64,000 nt of DNA from positions 320,001 through 384,000 of the forward strand of contig CAXXXD010000002.1 of NCBI GenBank assembly GCA_963663385.2, in the 5' to 3' direction. The number at the start of each line of letters is the position of its first letter. The first letter of the stretch is position 1. The notes under the pieces were generated by a model. It ran no database searches. It was not told the DNA's origin and was given only the letters and a program-made list of their open reading frames with translations. The position numbers and the translations under genes were made by a program. Positions 8,828 to 18,260 of the stretch are shown here, piece after piece. This DNA is from Oceanispirochaeta sp. GTDB taxonomy: Bacteria; Spirochaetota; Spirochaetia; DSM-2461.

Positions 8828-10048
8828 CTAGATTGATTTCAGGGTTTTGAAATCCCATTCCGCTTTAACGGAAACGGATTTTCCTGTGTAGCCTGTCAGG
8901 ATCAGTTCCCCTTCCCCGCAGTCCACAGACCTGATGCCAAGATCCAGTGCGTCTCCTTCGTATCCCTGAAAGAGGGTTCCGTAGTAGTTGGTCCGGGTTT
9001 GACCGGCCGGGAGGATCAGGTGGGTGGGATTCCCCATGAGAGTCGGGTTTTTTACGGCTTCAGCCAGACCGTTGGCAAAATATCCTGTGGCATTCTCCGC
9101 GCCCAGGCAGAAGGTCTGGTCCGACTGCCCGTCCTGAACCGCCCAGGGCTGGTAGTCCCGCCCGCCGTAATTCAGCCACAGATCGTAGAAGTAGAGGGGA
9201 ATCTCCTCTTCGGAGACCGCAGAGGGTCCGGTAAAGAACGAGAGGTAGATCAGTTTCTGACAGGGATTCACGATGCTGCTCCATCCCAGTTCGCAGCGGG
9301 AGGGTACGGCCCCGCAGATAAAATCCGTATAACCCGACGGACCTTCCACCAGACGCATATCTTTACTGCCTCCCCGGCGCAGGGGCATCTGTTCCAGGCT
9401 TTCCGAGCGGCCTTCGAATGCCAGCTCCCCTGTAGGATCGAACTCTCCCCCTTCGGGCGGGACCGCATACTGTTCCGCATTGTTGTCGATCAGACAGCCG
9501 CTTTCCAGAAAGGGGGCTCCGCATGTATTGTGCCAGCCGCAGTTGTAGGGCTCTTCCCTGCTGCCCGTATTACGGATTTCCAGCTTTGCGTAGTGGACAT
9601 TTTCTCCTTTCAGCAGCAAATCGGTTTTTTTATAGGCGAAGGGGTGTTCTCCCCGGGGGAGGGTGCTGGAGAGTGCAATCCCTCTGTTCTCCTCCAGGCA
9701 GACAGGGGTGTCCTGAGTCCATTTCTGACGGGCGGTGAATCCATGGGGCGGCAGTTCATAGCTGTCCATCCTGTGATCGGGGCCGAAGTTGGGGACACAG
9801 GGGAAGCTGCCCGCAATATCGTATAACAGGGGAACTTTCCAGAAAGGCTCATGACGGGATGCGTCCCAGGATTCGCCGCTGTTGGCTCTGAACCAGGGCT
9901 GCCAGTGAGCGTTAACCCAGGCGTCTCCCTTTCTCGTACTGAGTTCCGGTATCATCCCTTTATCCGCATCGATCAGAACTCTTATATTTTCCTGTTCCAG
10001 CAGTACAGCCTCCCTGTTGCCGGCTTCCCGTATGTTTGATCCTTTCAT
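8828..10048 (-). CDS. Aldose-epimerase/galactose-mutarotase-like fold protein
   Basis: Start ATG 10048 with AGGAG SD; FPCVPNFG...PPHGF and NCGWHNTCGAPFL motifs. Confidence 0.6.
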   Translation of the reverse strand: MKGSNIREAGNREAVLLEQENIRVLIDADKGMIPELSTRKGDAWVNAHWQPWFRANSGESWDASRHEPFWKVPLLYDIAGSFPCVPNFGPDHRMDSYELPPHGFTARQKWTQDTPVCLEENRGIALSSTLPRGEHPFAYKKTDLLLKGENVHYAKLEIRNTGSREEPYNCGWHNTCGAPFLESGCLIDNNAEQYAVPPEGGEFDPTGELAFEGRSESLEQMPLRRGGSKDMRLVEGPSGYTDFICGAVPSRCELGWSSIVNPCQKLIYLSFFTGPSAVSEEEIPLYFYDLWLNYGGRDYQPWAVQDGQSDQTFCLGAENATGYFANGLAEAVKNPTLMGNPTHLILPAGQTRTNYYGTLFQGYEGDALDLGIRSVDCGEGELILTGYTGKSVSVKAEWDFKTLKSI

Positions 10049-10074
10049 TCGTTTGCTCCTTGTTCTGTTACATA

Positions 10075-11085
10075 TTAAAGAGGGAGATCCAGGCATATTT
10101 CTGTTCTACAGTCCCTATTGCCTGTTTCACCCTGTTTTTCCAGTAAATTCAGCATTAATAAAGCGGCTTCTCTTCCCATTTCATAATGGGGCTGGGGGAT
10201 AGAGGCCATCCCGCTGGTATACCCTCTGGGATCGCTCCCGAAACGGATGATGCGGTACTCCCTGTTCAGGGTATACCCGTGCATCTGAAGTATTTCGTTT
10301 ACCCTGAGAGCCAGTCCGGCGGTTGTTACAAAAATCCCAAGGGGGTTCTGTTGTCCGGGAGACAGACGGGAGAGATGCAGTTTCAGGGCGTCAACCAGAT
10401 CGCTGCTCCCGGGATTCTGGTTCTTCAGCAGGATTCTTTCCGCTCCCGGCAGAATCTCACTGAATCCGGAAAGCCTTGAGCTGATGGATGAAGCGCTCAA
10501 GTCAAGGGATACCGCAAGAAAATCGGAACAGCCCACATTCTGCAGAAACCGGGCGGCGTACACTCCTCCAGCGCGGTCGTTCTGAACCACATAGGGGCCA
10601 TCCCAGTCCGGGGGCTTTCTATCTATCATTACCAGATTGGAATAGCTTCTGTTGAAACTGTTCAGGTGGGAACGGTCTTCCTCCTCGCCATTATAATGAC
10701 AGGTCGGAACAAGGAGTATGCCGTCTGATCCGCGGTAAAGCAGTTCCTCCAGATTCTTCTGCTCCTGGGACAGCTTGAAACGGCTTGTCATCAGGATCAT
10801 GGAGTAGTCTCTGGGGGCCAGTATATCTTCTATTCCCCGGACCATCTTCACCATAAACTCCTCAAAAATATCCGGAAATATTATTCCAACGGTTTTTGTC
10901 ACATTCCTGTTGAGAGCCTGGGCAAAATAGTTTGGTTTGTAATTTTCTTCTTCTACCAGGTTGAGGATCTTTTCCTGTGTTTTCCGGCTGATGCGGTATT
11001 TGTCGCCGTTTCCTTTAAGCACAAGGGATACGGTTGTCCGGGAAATCCCCAGAGAGTCGGCCAGTTCCTGCATGGTTTTTTTCAT
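10075..11085 (-). CDS. LacI-family transcriptional regulator
   Basis: TMQELADSLGISRTTVSLVLKG HTH, YKPNYFAQAL hinge, periplasmic-binding-protein-like C-terminus. Confidence 0.93.
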   Translation of the reverse strand: MKKTMQELADSLGISRTTVSLVLKGNGDKYRISRKTQEKILNLVEEENYKPNYFAQALNRNVTKTVGIIFPDIFEEFMVKMVRGIEDILAPRDYSMILMTSRFKLSQEQKNLEELLYRGSDGILLVPTCHYNGEEEDRSHLNSFNRSYSNLVMIDRKPPDWDGPYVVQNDRAGGVYAARFLQNVGCSDFLAVSLDLSASSISSRLSGFSEILPGAERILLKNQNPGSSDLVDALKLHLSRLSPGQQNPLGIFVTTAGLALRVNEILQMHGYTLNREYRIIRFGSDPRGYTSGMASIPQPHYEMGREAALLMLNLLEKQGETGNRDCRTEICLDLPL

Positions 11086-11226
11086 GTCCCTATAATTTAC
11101 ATCTAGCCCGTTTCAATTGCAACAGGGAAAAGCTAACATGCGCAAGCATGATGAATTAATTTGATTTTTATGAAATTGCGCATTACAATCATTTTTAATG
11201 AAACCAATCAATGATGTTTTTACTAA

Positions 11227-11248
11227 AAAGCTAACATAGGTTAGCTTT
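11227..11248. promoter_or_regulatory. Probable LacI operator
   Basis: Perfect palindrome AAAGCTAAC-ATAG-GTTAGCTTT upstream of 11272; partial second copy AAAGCTAACAT at 11129-11139. Confidence 0.65.
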
Positions 11249-11271
11249 GAGGGGATTAGTGAGGTGGAAGT

Positions 11272-11958
11272 ATGAAACGGAGTGAAATCAATCAGATTAT
11301 GGCGTATTCCAGGGACTTAATGGATCAGTACAGCTGGTCGCTTCCGGAATGGGCCCGGTGGAAAAAAGAGGACTGGCTGAAAAGAAGAGGGGAGTGCAGG
11401 CGGATTTTCCGTCATAACCTGGGCTGGGATATTACGGATTTCGGGTCCGGGGATTTCCTGAAGCGGGGGCTTTTCCTCTTTACCCTGAGAAACGGTCTGC
11501 CCGGGGGAGAGGGGAAGAGTTACGCCGAGAAGATTATGGTTGTCCGGGAAGAGCAGGAGACGCCTCTCCATTTCCACTGGAACAAGATGGAGGACATTAT
11601 CAACCGCGGGGGAGGAACCCTTCTTTTTAACCTGTATAAAGCAGACCCGGAGGAGGAGTTGTCCGGAGAGGATCTTGAAATCCTGATAGATGACTGTTCC
11701 TGCAGGGTAAAGGCGGGGGAGCAGATTGCTCTGAAACCGGGACAGAGCTTAACTCTGGAACCTTTTGTCTACCACCGTTTTTACGGCGCAGCCGGAGACG
11801 GCCCTGTTCTGGTGGGAGAAGTAAGCAAGGTGAACGATGATTCGGCAGATAATCGTTTTTATGAATCTGTCGGACGCTTTCCCGAAATAGAGGAGGATGA
11901 AGACCCTCTGCACTACCTCTGCTGTGACTATAAACGCCTGCAGGAGGAACTTTCATGA
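11272..11958 (+). CDS. D-lyxose/D-mannose family sugar isomerase
   Basis: MKRSEIN, LGWDITDFG, YAEKIM, TPLHFHWNKMEDIINRGGG, GEVSKVNDD. Confidence 0.9.
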   Translation: MKRSEINQIMAYSRDLMDQYSWSLPEWARWKKEDWLKRRGECRRIFRHNLGWDITDFGSGDFLKRGLFLFTLRNGLPGGEGKSYAEKIMVVREEQETPLHFHWNKMEDIINRGGGTLLFNLYKADPEEELSGEDLEILIDDCSCRVKAGEQIALKPGQSLTLEPFVYHRFYGAAGDGPVLVGEVSKVNDDSADNRFYESVGRFPEIEEDEDPLHYLCCDYKRLQEELS

Positions 11959-13169
11959 AAAAGAGAATCGCCGGAACAGGCTGCTGCCTGCTGGACTACC
12001 TTTATACGGATATCGATTTTTCTGCTCAGCCCTTTCAGTCGTTTCTTTCAAAAAAGGGCGGGGACGGAGGCCTTGTACCGGGGCAGCTGGTGTTCGCATC
12101 GGGGCTGGCCGGTTTTTCCGGAATGTCCGAAGAGGAGTGTCTGAAGCAGCTTACAGGCGGTTTCCCTCCTGATGCTGTCAACCTGGGCGGACCGGGTGTT
12201 GTGGCTATGGTCCATGCTTCCCAGGTACTTGCTCCGGAGGGGTGGGATATTACCTTTTCCGGGGTATTCGGCGATGATGCCGCTTCGGAGGAGATGAGGC
12301 GTTTTGTTGCTTCCTATCCGGTCAGTTTACAGGAAAAAACTCTCCCCGGGACCTGTGTCCCCTCTACCACCGTTCTGTCTGATCCCCGCTACAATAGCGG
12401 GGCAGGGGAACGGACATTTATCAATCGCCTGGGTGTGGCCGACTCTTTTGAACCATTTCTTCTGGAGGACGACTTCTTTGACGCCCCCCTGTTCCTGTGG
12501 GGCGGTACGGGACTGGTTCCCCCTCTTCACAGGAATCTGACCTCCCTTGTTAAACGGAGTAAGGCAGCAGGCGGGGTGAATGTGGTGGGGACCGTATACG
12601 ATTTTCTGAATGAGTCCCTGGATCCCGAAGGCCCCTGGCCTCTGGGTGATCCGGCAGAACCGGCCTACCCCTGGATTGACCTTTTAATCTGTGATCAGGA
12701 GGAGGCCGTCCGGCTTTCAGGCAGAAAAAGTCTGGAGGATGCCGTAACGTTCCTGAAAGAATCAGGCTGCAGGGCCTTTATCATTACCCGGGGGGCAGAT
12801 CCGCTCTACCTTTATACGAAGGACGGGATCTTCAGGGAACAGGCAGGGCTTTCCCTGCCCGTAAGCCCGTATGTTAATAAAGATTTGCATGCTAACCCGG
12901 GTAAGCGTGGTGACACCACAGGATGCGGGGATAATTTTGTGGGCGGGGTTATGGTTTCCCTGGCCCGGCAGCTGGATCAGGCTGAAGCAGGTGAAGGAGG
13001 CTTACTGAATCTTCTAGAAGCAGCGGTAGAAGGAGTCTGCAGCGGCGGACTGGCCCTCTATCGAAAAGGGGGCTGCCGGGTAGAAAACAGTGCGGGTGAA
13101 ACAAAACTGCTGCTGGAACCGATCCGCAGGGATTACTACGAAAATACCCTTCCGGGGGTGCTGAAATGA
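11955..13169 (+). CDS. PfkB-family carbohydrate kinase
   Basis: NLGGPG, GERTF, ITRGA, DTTGCGDNFVGG; ATGA overlap with the upstream gene. Confidence 0.85.
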   Translation: MKKRIAGTGCCLLDYLYTDIDFSAQPFQSFLSKKGGDGGLVPGQLVFASGLAGFSGMSEEECLKQLTGGFPPDAVNLGGPGVVAMVHASQVLAPEGWDITFSGVFGDDAASEEMRRFVASYPVSLQEKTLPGTCVPSTTVLSDPRYNSGAGERTFINRLGVADSFEPFLLEDDFFDAPLFLWGGTGLVPPLHRNLTSLVKRSKAAGGVNVVGTVYDFLNESLDPEGPWPLGDPAEPAYPWIDLLICDQEEAVRLSGRKSLEDAVTFLKESGCRAFIITRGADPLYLYTKDGIFREQAGLSLPVSPYVNKDLHANPGKRGDTTGCGDNFVGGVMVSLARQLDQAEAGEGGLLNLLEAAVEGVCSGGLALYRKGGCRVENSAGETKLLLEPIRRDYYENTLPGVLK

Positions 13170-14344
13170 AAAAAGCGCTGATTTTCGGCGGAGGGAATAT
13201 AGGCCGTTCCTTTCTGACCCCCGTTCTGCAGGAGGCATCCTATCATGTTACCATTGCCGATATTAATGAGTCTTTGGTAAGCGCACTCCGGAAGGAGGGC
13301 AGGTATCCTCTGGTTATACGGTCCCGGGAGGGGGAGGTCAGGAAGATCATCAGCGGGTTTGACTGCCTGACTCTTAAGGATGAAGCCCTTCTGATGAAAA
13401 AAATGCTGGAAGCGGACCTTGTGGTAAGCTCTGTCGGAATGGCCGGAATCCGGGGCGTCTGTTCCCTTCTGGCCCGGATCCTGCCGGAGAGAAACCGGGC
13501 CGGTGTCAAACCCCTCGACCTGATCCTGGCTGAAAACATCCGCAACGGAGCGGAGTTCTGCCGGGCCGAACTGAAAGGGCTGCTTCCCCCCGGATATCCC
13601 ATGAATAATCAACTGGGGCTGGTAGAAACAAGTATAGGGAAAATGGTTCCCCTTCTGACTGAACAGGACCGTGAGGAAGACCCTCTCCGGCTTTTTGCGG
13701 AACCCTATAATAACCTGATCCTTCATGGAGAGGCCTTTCTCTGTGAGCCGCCCCGTAGCAGCAGTATAAGCCTGGTGTCTCCCATTGCACCCTGGGTCGA
13801 CCGCAAACTGTTTATCCATAATCTGGGGCATGCGGCCTGCGCCTATCTCGGGAGGGTAAAATACCCCGGTCTGACTCTGATCTGGGAGGTTCTGGAAGAT
13901 GAGGCCCTGAGGAATCAGGTCCGTGGCGCCATGCGGGAGGGGGCTGCCGCTCTTCTGGCGGAGTATCCCGGTATCTTTACCGAGGAGAGCCTTAATGAGC
14001 ATATCGGTGATCTGATCTCCCGGTTCAGGAACCGGGCTCTGGGGGATTCGGTTCGGAGGGTCGGCCGGGATCTCAGGCGGAAACTGGGACGGGATGACCG
14101 GGTTGTGGGGGCCATGCGTCTGGCTGTTTCTCACGGGCTCGGGATTGGCCACCTGCTTGATGTTTACCGGGCAGCCCTGCAATTCGGACTGGACCAGCAG
14201 GCTGATCCGCTGGACAGGGAGTTATCCCTACAGACCGGGCGTTTCAGTGCGGCAGAATTATTCTGCCGGTTCAGCCTGGCAGATGATACGTTTCCGGACA
14301 GGCTGAACAGTATCATACTGGCGGGGCTGCAGGAGGAGGACTGA
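13166..14344 (+). CDS. mtlD: Mannitol-1-phosphate 5-dehydrogenase-like protein
   Basis: FGGGNIGRSFL, LAEN, RKLFIHNLGHA, RFRNRALGDSVRRVGRDLRRKLGRDDRVV. Confidence 0.8.
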   Translation: MKKALIFGGGNIGRSFLTPVLQEASYHVTIADINESLVSALRKEGRYPLVIRSREGEVRKIISGFDCLTLKDEALLMKKMLEADLVVSSVGMAGIRGVCSLLARILPERNRAGVKPLDLILAENIRNGAEFCRAELKGLLPPGYPMNNQLGLVETSIGKMVPLLTEQDREEDPLRLFAEPYNNLILHGEAFLCEPPRSSSISLVSPIAPWVDRKLFIHNLGHAACAYLGRVKYPGLTLIWEVLEDEALRNQVRGAMREGAAALLAEYPGIFTEESLNEHIGDLISRFRNRALGDSVRRVGRDLRRKLGRDDRVVGAMRLAVSHGLGIGHLLDVYRAALQFGLDQQADPLDRELSLQTGRFSAAELFCRFSLADDTFPDRLNSIILAGLQEED

Positions 14345-14348
14345 GAAA

Positions 14349-15320
14349 TCAGGTTCCCTTGTAGGACGCCTTATAGATACGGTCCATTACCGCGGCTCCC
14401 AGACCTTCCGGCGGAACTTCCTCGGTATAGATCCGGTCTGTTCCGGGATCTGCATCCAGACGGTGAAGGGCTGTAAACAGATTTGCCGCCGCTTCTACGG
14501 GATTCCCCTCGGGAGACAGTATTTCTACTGCGGTAAAACCTTCCGTATCGGTTTTTTTCCGGAACAGCAGGGCTGCTGCGCCCCTCCTGTCCGGCACTTC
14601 ACTGATGGAATCCACAATATAAAGGGGTTTCCGGGGAGAGTAATGCATCTCCAGCTGCCCCGGAGCGGTAGGGGATACGGTTGTCCGGTTAAAGACTTCC
14701 ACTTCCCCAATGGCATCCTGCAGTTTTTCCAGGGAAAGTCCTCCCGGTCTCAGAACCAGGGGGATCTCTTTTGTCATATCCAGAACGGTCGATTCCACAC
14801 CTACCCGGCAGGCTCCTCCGTCTATAATCATATCGATTTTGTCTCCCAGGGTTTCTTCCACATGCTCCGCTGTGGTAGGGCTGAGGTAACCGAAGGGATT
14901 GGCGCTTGGCGCGGCGACGGCTCCGGTCGATTCTCTGATGAGCGAGAGGGCTGTCGCATGATCGGGCATCCTGACAGCCATAGTGGGTAGTCCGGACGTA
15001 ATCAGATCGGGGATAATTTCTCTTTTGGGAACAATTATGGTTAGAGATCCCGGCCAGAGCCGTTCTATTACCTCGTATACCCTCGGATTTCTGATATCCG
15101 CCAGGCGGTCAAGGGTTTCCAAATCCGCAATATGGGTAATCAGAGGATCAAAACTCGGTCTCTGTTTGGCATCGAATATTTTGGCTACAGAAGACGGATC
15201 AAGGGCATTTCCCCCCAGTCCGTAAACTGTTTCGGTCGGGAAGGCGACCAGGCCGCCCTCTTTGATAATCCGGGCGCCTCTGCTTATGTTTTCTACTGTG
15301 CTTTTAACAATCATCTGCAC
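14349..15320 (-). CDS. sua5: L-threonylcarbamoyladenylate synthase (Sua5/TsaC2)
   Basis: VAFPTETVYGLG, KQRPSFDPLITH, AAPSAN, GVESTV, APGQLEMHYSP. Confidence 0.95.
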   Translation of the reverse strand: MQMIVKSTVENISRGARIIKEGGLVAFPTETVYGLGGNALDPSSVAKIFDAKQRPSFDPLITHIADLETLDRLADIRNPRVYEVIERLWPGSLTIIVPKREIIPDLITSGLPTMAVRMPDHATALSLIRESTGAVAAPSANPFGYLSPTTAEHVEETLGDKIDMIIDGGACRVGVESTVLDMTKEIPLVLRPGGLSLEKLQDAIGEVEVFNRTTVSPTAPGQLEMHYSPRKPLYIVDSISEVPDRRGAAALLFRKKTDTEGFTAVEILSPEGNPVEAAANLFTALHRLDADPGTDRIYTEEVPPEGLGAAVMDRIYKASYKGT

Positions 15321-15373
15321 ATCTTATAGCAGATTTTCCGGAATTGGCCAATGTTTGTAATACCGTATGCAGC

Positions 15374-15715
15374 CTATTTTTTCATTGACGATGAGCAGAC
15401 TGTCCTGTTGATTCCGGATATCAGATCTCTGTCTTTTTCGATACGGCTCCGGTCTGTCAGGGATTCCTCCATTTTATTGATCATCCGGCGGGCCTTCTCA
15501 TCAGACAAATCGTATTCGATCCATCGCCCGTCTTTTTTCCGGTTGATCAGTCCTGCATTTTTGAGAATCTTCAGGTGGTTTGAAAGGGTTCCCCCGGCAA
15601 TTTCAAGGACTTCCAGCAGTTCACAGACGCAGAGGGGGCGGTTTTTCAGCATCATGACGATGCGGAAGCGGTTTGTGTCGCTCAGGGCTTTTAATTGGCT
15701 GATAAGATTCTGCAT
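15374..15715 (-). CDS. ArsR/SmtB transcriptional regulator
   Basis: KALSDTNRFRI, LCVCEL, SNHLKILKNAGLI..RKDGRWIEY. Confidence 0.92.
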   Translation of the reverse strand: MQNLISQLKALSDTNRFRIVMMLKNRPLCVCELLEVLEIAGGTLSNHLKILKNAGLINRKKDGRWIEYDLSDEKARRMINKMEESLTDRSRIEKDRDLISGINRTVCSSSMKK

Positions 15716-15763
15716 CTTATAAAAATAACAGAAAAGGGTTGATAGATCAATTATTTTTATTTA

Positions 15764-15785
15764 TATTTAGCTAAATGACTAAATA
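15764..15785. promoter_or_regulatory. Probable ArsR operator
   Basis: TATTTAG-N8-CTAAATA inverted repeat with an internal ATTTAGCTAAAT palindrome, between the divergent arsR and permease genes. Confidence 0.5.
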
Positions 15786-15800
15786 ATTAAAGGATTGGAT

Positions 15801-16769
15801 ATGCTTGAAATATTCACACTACTGGCTGATCGGATCGTATATTCACTGGCGGGACTGGAACAGGGCACCAGGCCGGCTGAGTCCCTCCACTTTTTTATAG
15901 AAGATGTCACAAAAATCTATTTTCTTCTTCTGATTATGATCTACCTGATTGCCCTGCTGAGGGCCGGTGTCGATACGGAGCGTATCAGACACTACCTGAT
16001 GGGGAAACATCGGGGCATCGGGTACCTTCTGGCTTCGGTATTCGGTGCTGTGACCCCTTTCTGTTCCTGTTCCAGCATTCCCCTGTTTCTGGGATTCACC
16101 TCTGCCCGTATCCCTCTGGGGATAACCATGGCTTTTCTTATTACCTCTCCCATGATTAATGAAGTGGCTATCGTGCTCCTTGGGTCCATTCTGGGGATCC
16201 GTTTTATGGTTCTGTATATTATTACCGGAATGACCGCCGGAATCCTGGGCGGTTTTTTTATTGATGCCATCAGGGCGGAACGCTATCTTTCCGAAATCGG
16301 ACAGCAGGCTGCCCGTATGGCTGTTTCCGATGATTATGAAAAGAGGCGTTTAACCCTGAGGGATCGCCATGAATTTGCCCGGGACGAACTGAAGGAGATC
16401 TTTTCCCGCGTCTGGAAGTGGGTCCTTATCGGAGTCGGTCTGGGGGCGGCCCTGCATGGCTTTGTCCCCGAAGGGTTCATAACCGACAGTCTGGGAGACG
16501 GTCAGTGGTGGAGCGTCCCGGCTGCGGTTGTTCTGGGAATCCCCCTCTATGCCAATGCCAGCGGAATTATCCCTGTTGCCGAATCCCTGCTGGCCAAAGG
16601 GCTCCCGGTGGGAACCACAATGGCTTTTATGATGAGCGTTGTCGCCGCCAGTTTTCCCGAGTTTATGATGCTGAAGCAGGTTATGAAACCCAGGCTTCTG
16701 GTTATATTCTTCTTGCTGCTTCTCTTCTTTTTTACAACCGCCGGGTGGATTTTCAACCTGATTTACTGA
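15801..16769 (+). CDS. ArsP/DUF318-family permease
   Basis: TPFCSCSSIPLF, AFLITSPMINE, GIPLYAN; divergent from ArsR; start could instead be TTG 15795. Confidence 0.88.
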   Translation: MLEIFTLLADRIVYSLAGLEQGTRPAESLHFFIEDVTKIYFLLLIMIYLIALLRAGVDTERIRHYLMGKHRGIGYLLASVFGAVTPFCSCSSIPLFLGFTSARIPLGITMAFLITSPMINEVAIVLLGSILGIRFMVLYIITGMTAGILGGFFIDAIRAERYLSEIGQQAARMAVSDDYEKRRLTLRDRHEFARDELKEIFSRVWKWVLIGVGLGAALHGFVPEGFITDSLGDGQWWSVPAAVVLGIPLYANASGIIPVAESLLAKGLPVGTTMAFMMSVVAASFPEFMMLKQVMKPRLLVIFFLLLLFFFTTAGWIFNLIY

Positions 16770-18095
16770 TCAGCTGTACTTGTCCTGTTCCTTTCCATCC
16801 CAGAAAATCCGTATGGTGCCGGTGGATTCGGAAATAACCACCGATACCACCGGAGCAACCAGGGTAATCCCTCTGGCTGCGGCGTGTCTGGCTCCCAGAC
16901 CGGGGGGCAGGGCAGCCGTATTGGGAGGAACGGACAGGTAGGTCCCCACCGAGTGGATCTGACCGTCATTGCCGATAATAAAAGCGCCGTCGATTTTGGA
17001 GAATTCCTTGATGGTTTCACTGAGGCTGGGGTCCAGAATACTCCTGTTCCGGTGAGACATTCCCCCGAAGGGGTTTATTATCAGCTGTTTGCAGTAGGGC
17101 TCCACTTTTCTGTATTCACCGACAACAAATATTGTCCCCACCGGCTTACCTTCCCTGCCCTGACGGGCCAGTTCGGAAGCCAGATAAATAACGCGGCTCA
17201 GGATCTCCAGGTTAATCTTGTGGGGTATCCGGTAGCTCAATATGCGGCTTTCATTGTAAAGGTCCCAGGGGATGGATGTCAGAGAGATATTATGGGGCAT
17301 ATCATTGTGTTCGAATCCGGATATGCAGATAAGAATTTCTCCCTCCCGCAGCCTTTCCCGGGTCCAGAGCTCCCGGAGGACATCTTTTTCATGGTTTAAA
17401 TTCCCTTCTATCAGAAATACTTCATCAATCCGGGTTCCGACAGAGCTCAGCTGCTCCTCCATCTCCTTCAGGTTGGTAACCAGAGACAGGCGGTTGGATT
17501 TTAATTCCTTAAGCAGCTTGATTACCCGGGAGGGGATATTGGAAAAAAGCAGCACCTTTGATCTGGTGGAACTCTCCAGCAGACCCGCAATCTGCCGGAC
17601 AAGAGCGTGGGTCATCCTCTCCTTTTCCTGGGGGATATTCCTCTGCCTGAATTTCCCGGCGTCCTCAAGTATCCGGATAATCCCTTCGGGTGTATCGGCG
17701 CAGGCCAGTTTCTCCTGTATTCCCGGGACCTGCATAATGGCAGCCATTTCTGCAAGGTTCTTCAGATGATCATCCTCATGACAGACAAGAAGAACGACAA
17801 TATGTACTATCTCCCCCGATGAATCCCACTCCACACCCGTCCGGGAGTAACCGGCGCAGATAACTGGCTCCATTTCTGTCTGAATTTTGGCATGGGGAAA
17901 AGCAAGACCTTTTTCGGCAACCGTTGTGGCCGCCCTCTCCCTTTCCAGGCATTCCTCCAGAATGGAATTTTTCATTTCCTGAGAGGCGGAGGGCAGGCAG
18001 CTTTCTACCATCTCTCCAAGAACCTGCTCCTTATCCTCCGACTGAATTAATACAGCGCTCATTTTTGTGATCATGGGATCCTCCACTGTCTTCAC
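16770..18095 (-). CDS. PTS EIIA(Ntr/Fru)-fused diadenylate cyclase
   Basis: N-terminal ERERAATT..KGLAFPHAK (phospho-His); C-terminal QGREGKPVGTIFVVG, KEFSKIDGAF, GLGARHAAA, VISESTG. Confidence 0.88.
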   Translation of the reverse strand: MKTVEDPMITKMSAVLIQSEDKEQVLGEMVESCLPSASQEMKNSILEECLERERAATTVAEKGLAFPHAKIQTEMEPVICAGYSRTGVEWDSSGEIVHIVVLLVCHEDDHLKNLAEMAAIMQVPGIQEKLACADTPEGIIRILEDAGKFRQRNIPQEKERMTHALVRQIAGLLESSTRSKVLLFSNIPSRVIKLLKELKSNRLSLVTNLKEMEEQLSSVGTRIDEVFLIEGNLNHEKDVLRELWTRERLREGEILICISGFEHNDMPHNISLTSIPWDLYNESRILSYRIPHKINLEILSRVIYLASELARQGREGKPVGTIFVVGEYRKVEPYCKQLIINPFGGMSHRNRSILDPSLSETIKEFSKIDGAFIIGNDGQIHSVGTYLSVPPNTAALPPGLGARHAAARGITLVAPVVSVVISESTGTIRIFWDGKEQDKYS

Positions 18096-18163
18096 TGAAT
18101 TATAGTACTATTCTGCAGGACTTTCTTAAAAGCATATAAATGTTATAAATCCCTGTGGAAAGC

Positions 18164-18197
18164 TTCCTGTACAGCTATAAAAGTAGCTGTACAGGAA
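18164..18197. repeat. Perfect 14-bp inverted repeat in a divergent promoter region
   Basis: TTCCTGTACAGCTA-taaaag-TAGCTGTACAGGAA. Confidence 0.8.
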
Positions 18198-18260
18198 AAA
18201 GGGTGATTCAACTTTTTTTCTATGAGCCCCTATCCTATACTCTAAATCAGGAGAAGATCT

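Noticed and set aside
13136..14182. Long antisense ORFs (this one; also 1508-2380, 38066-39049, 43777-44622, 62846-63781)
   Set aside because: They are shadows of well-supported genes on the opposite strand and show no motifs
15374..16769. Complete arsenic-resistance operon
   Set aside because: Only ArsR and an ArsP-like permease are present, with no arsC/acr3/arsM, so the substrate cannot be assigned
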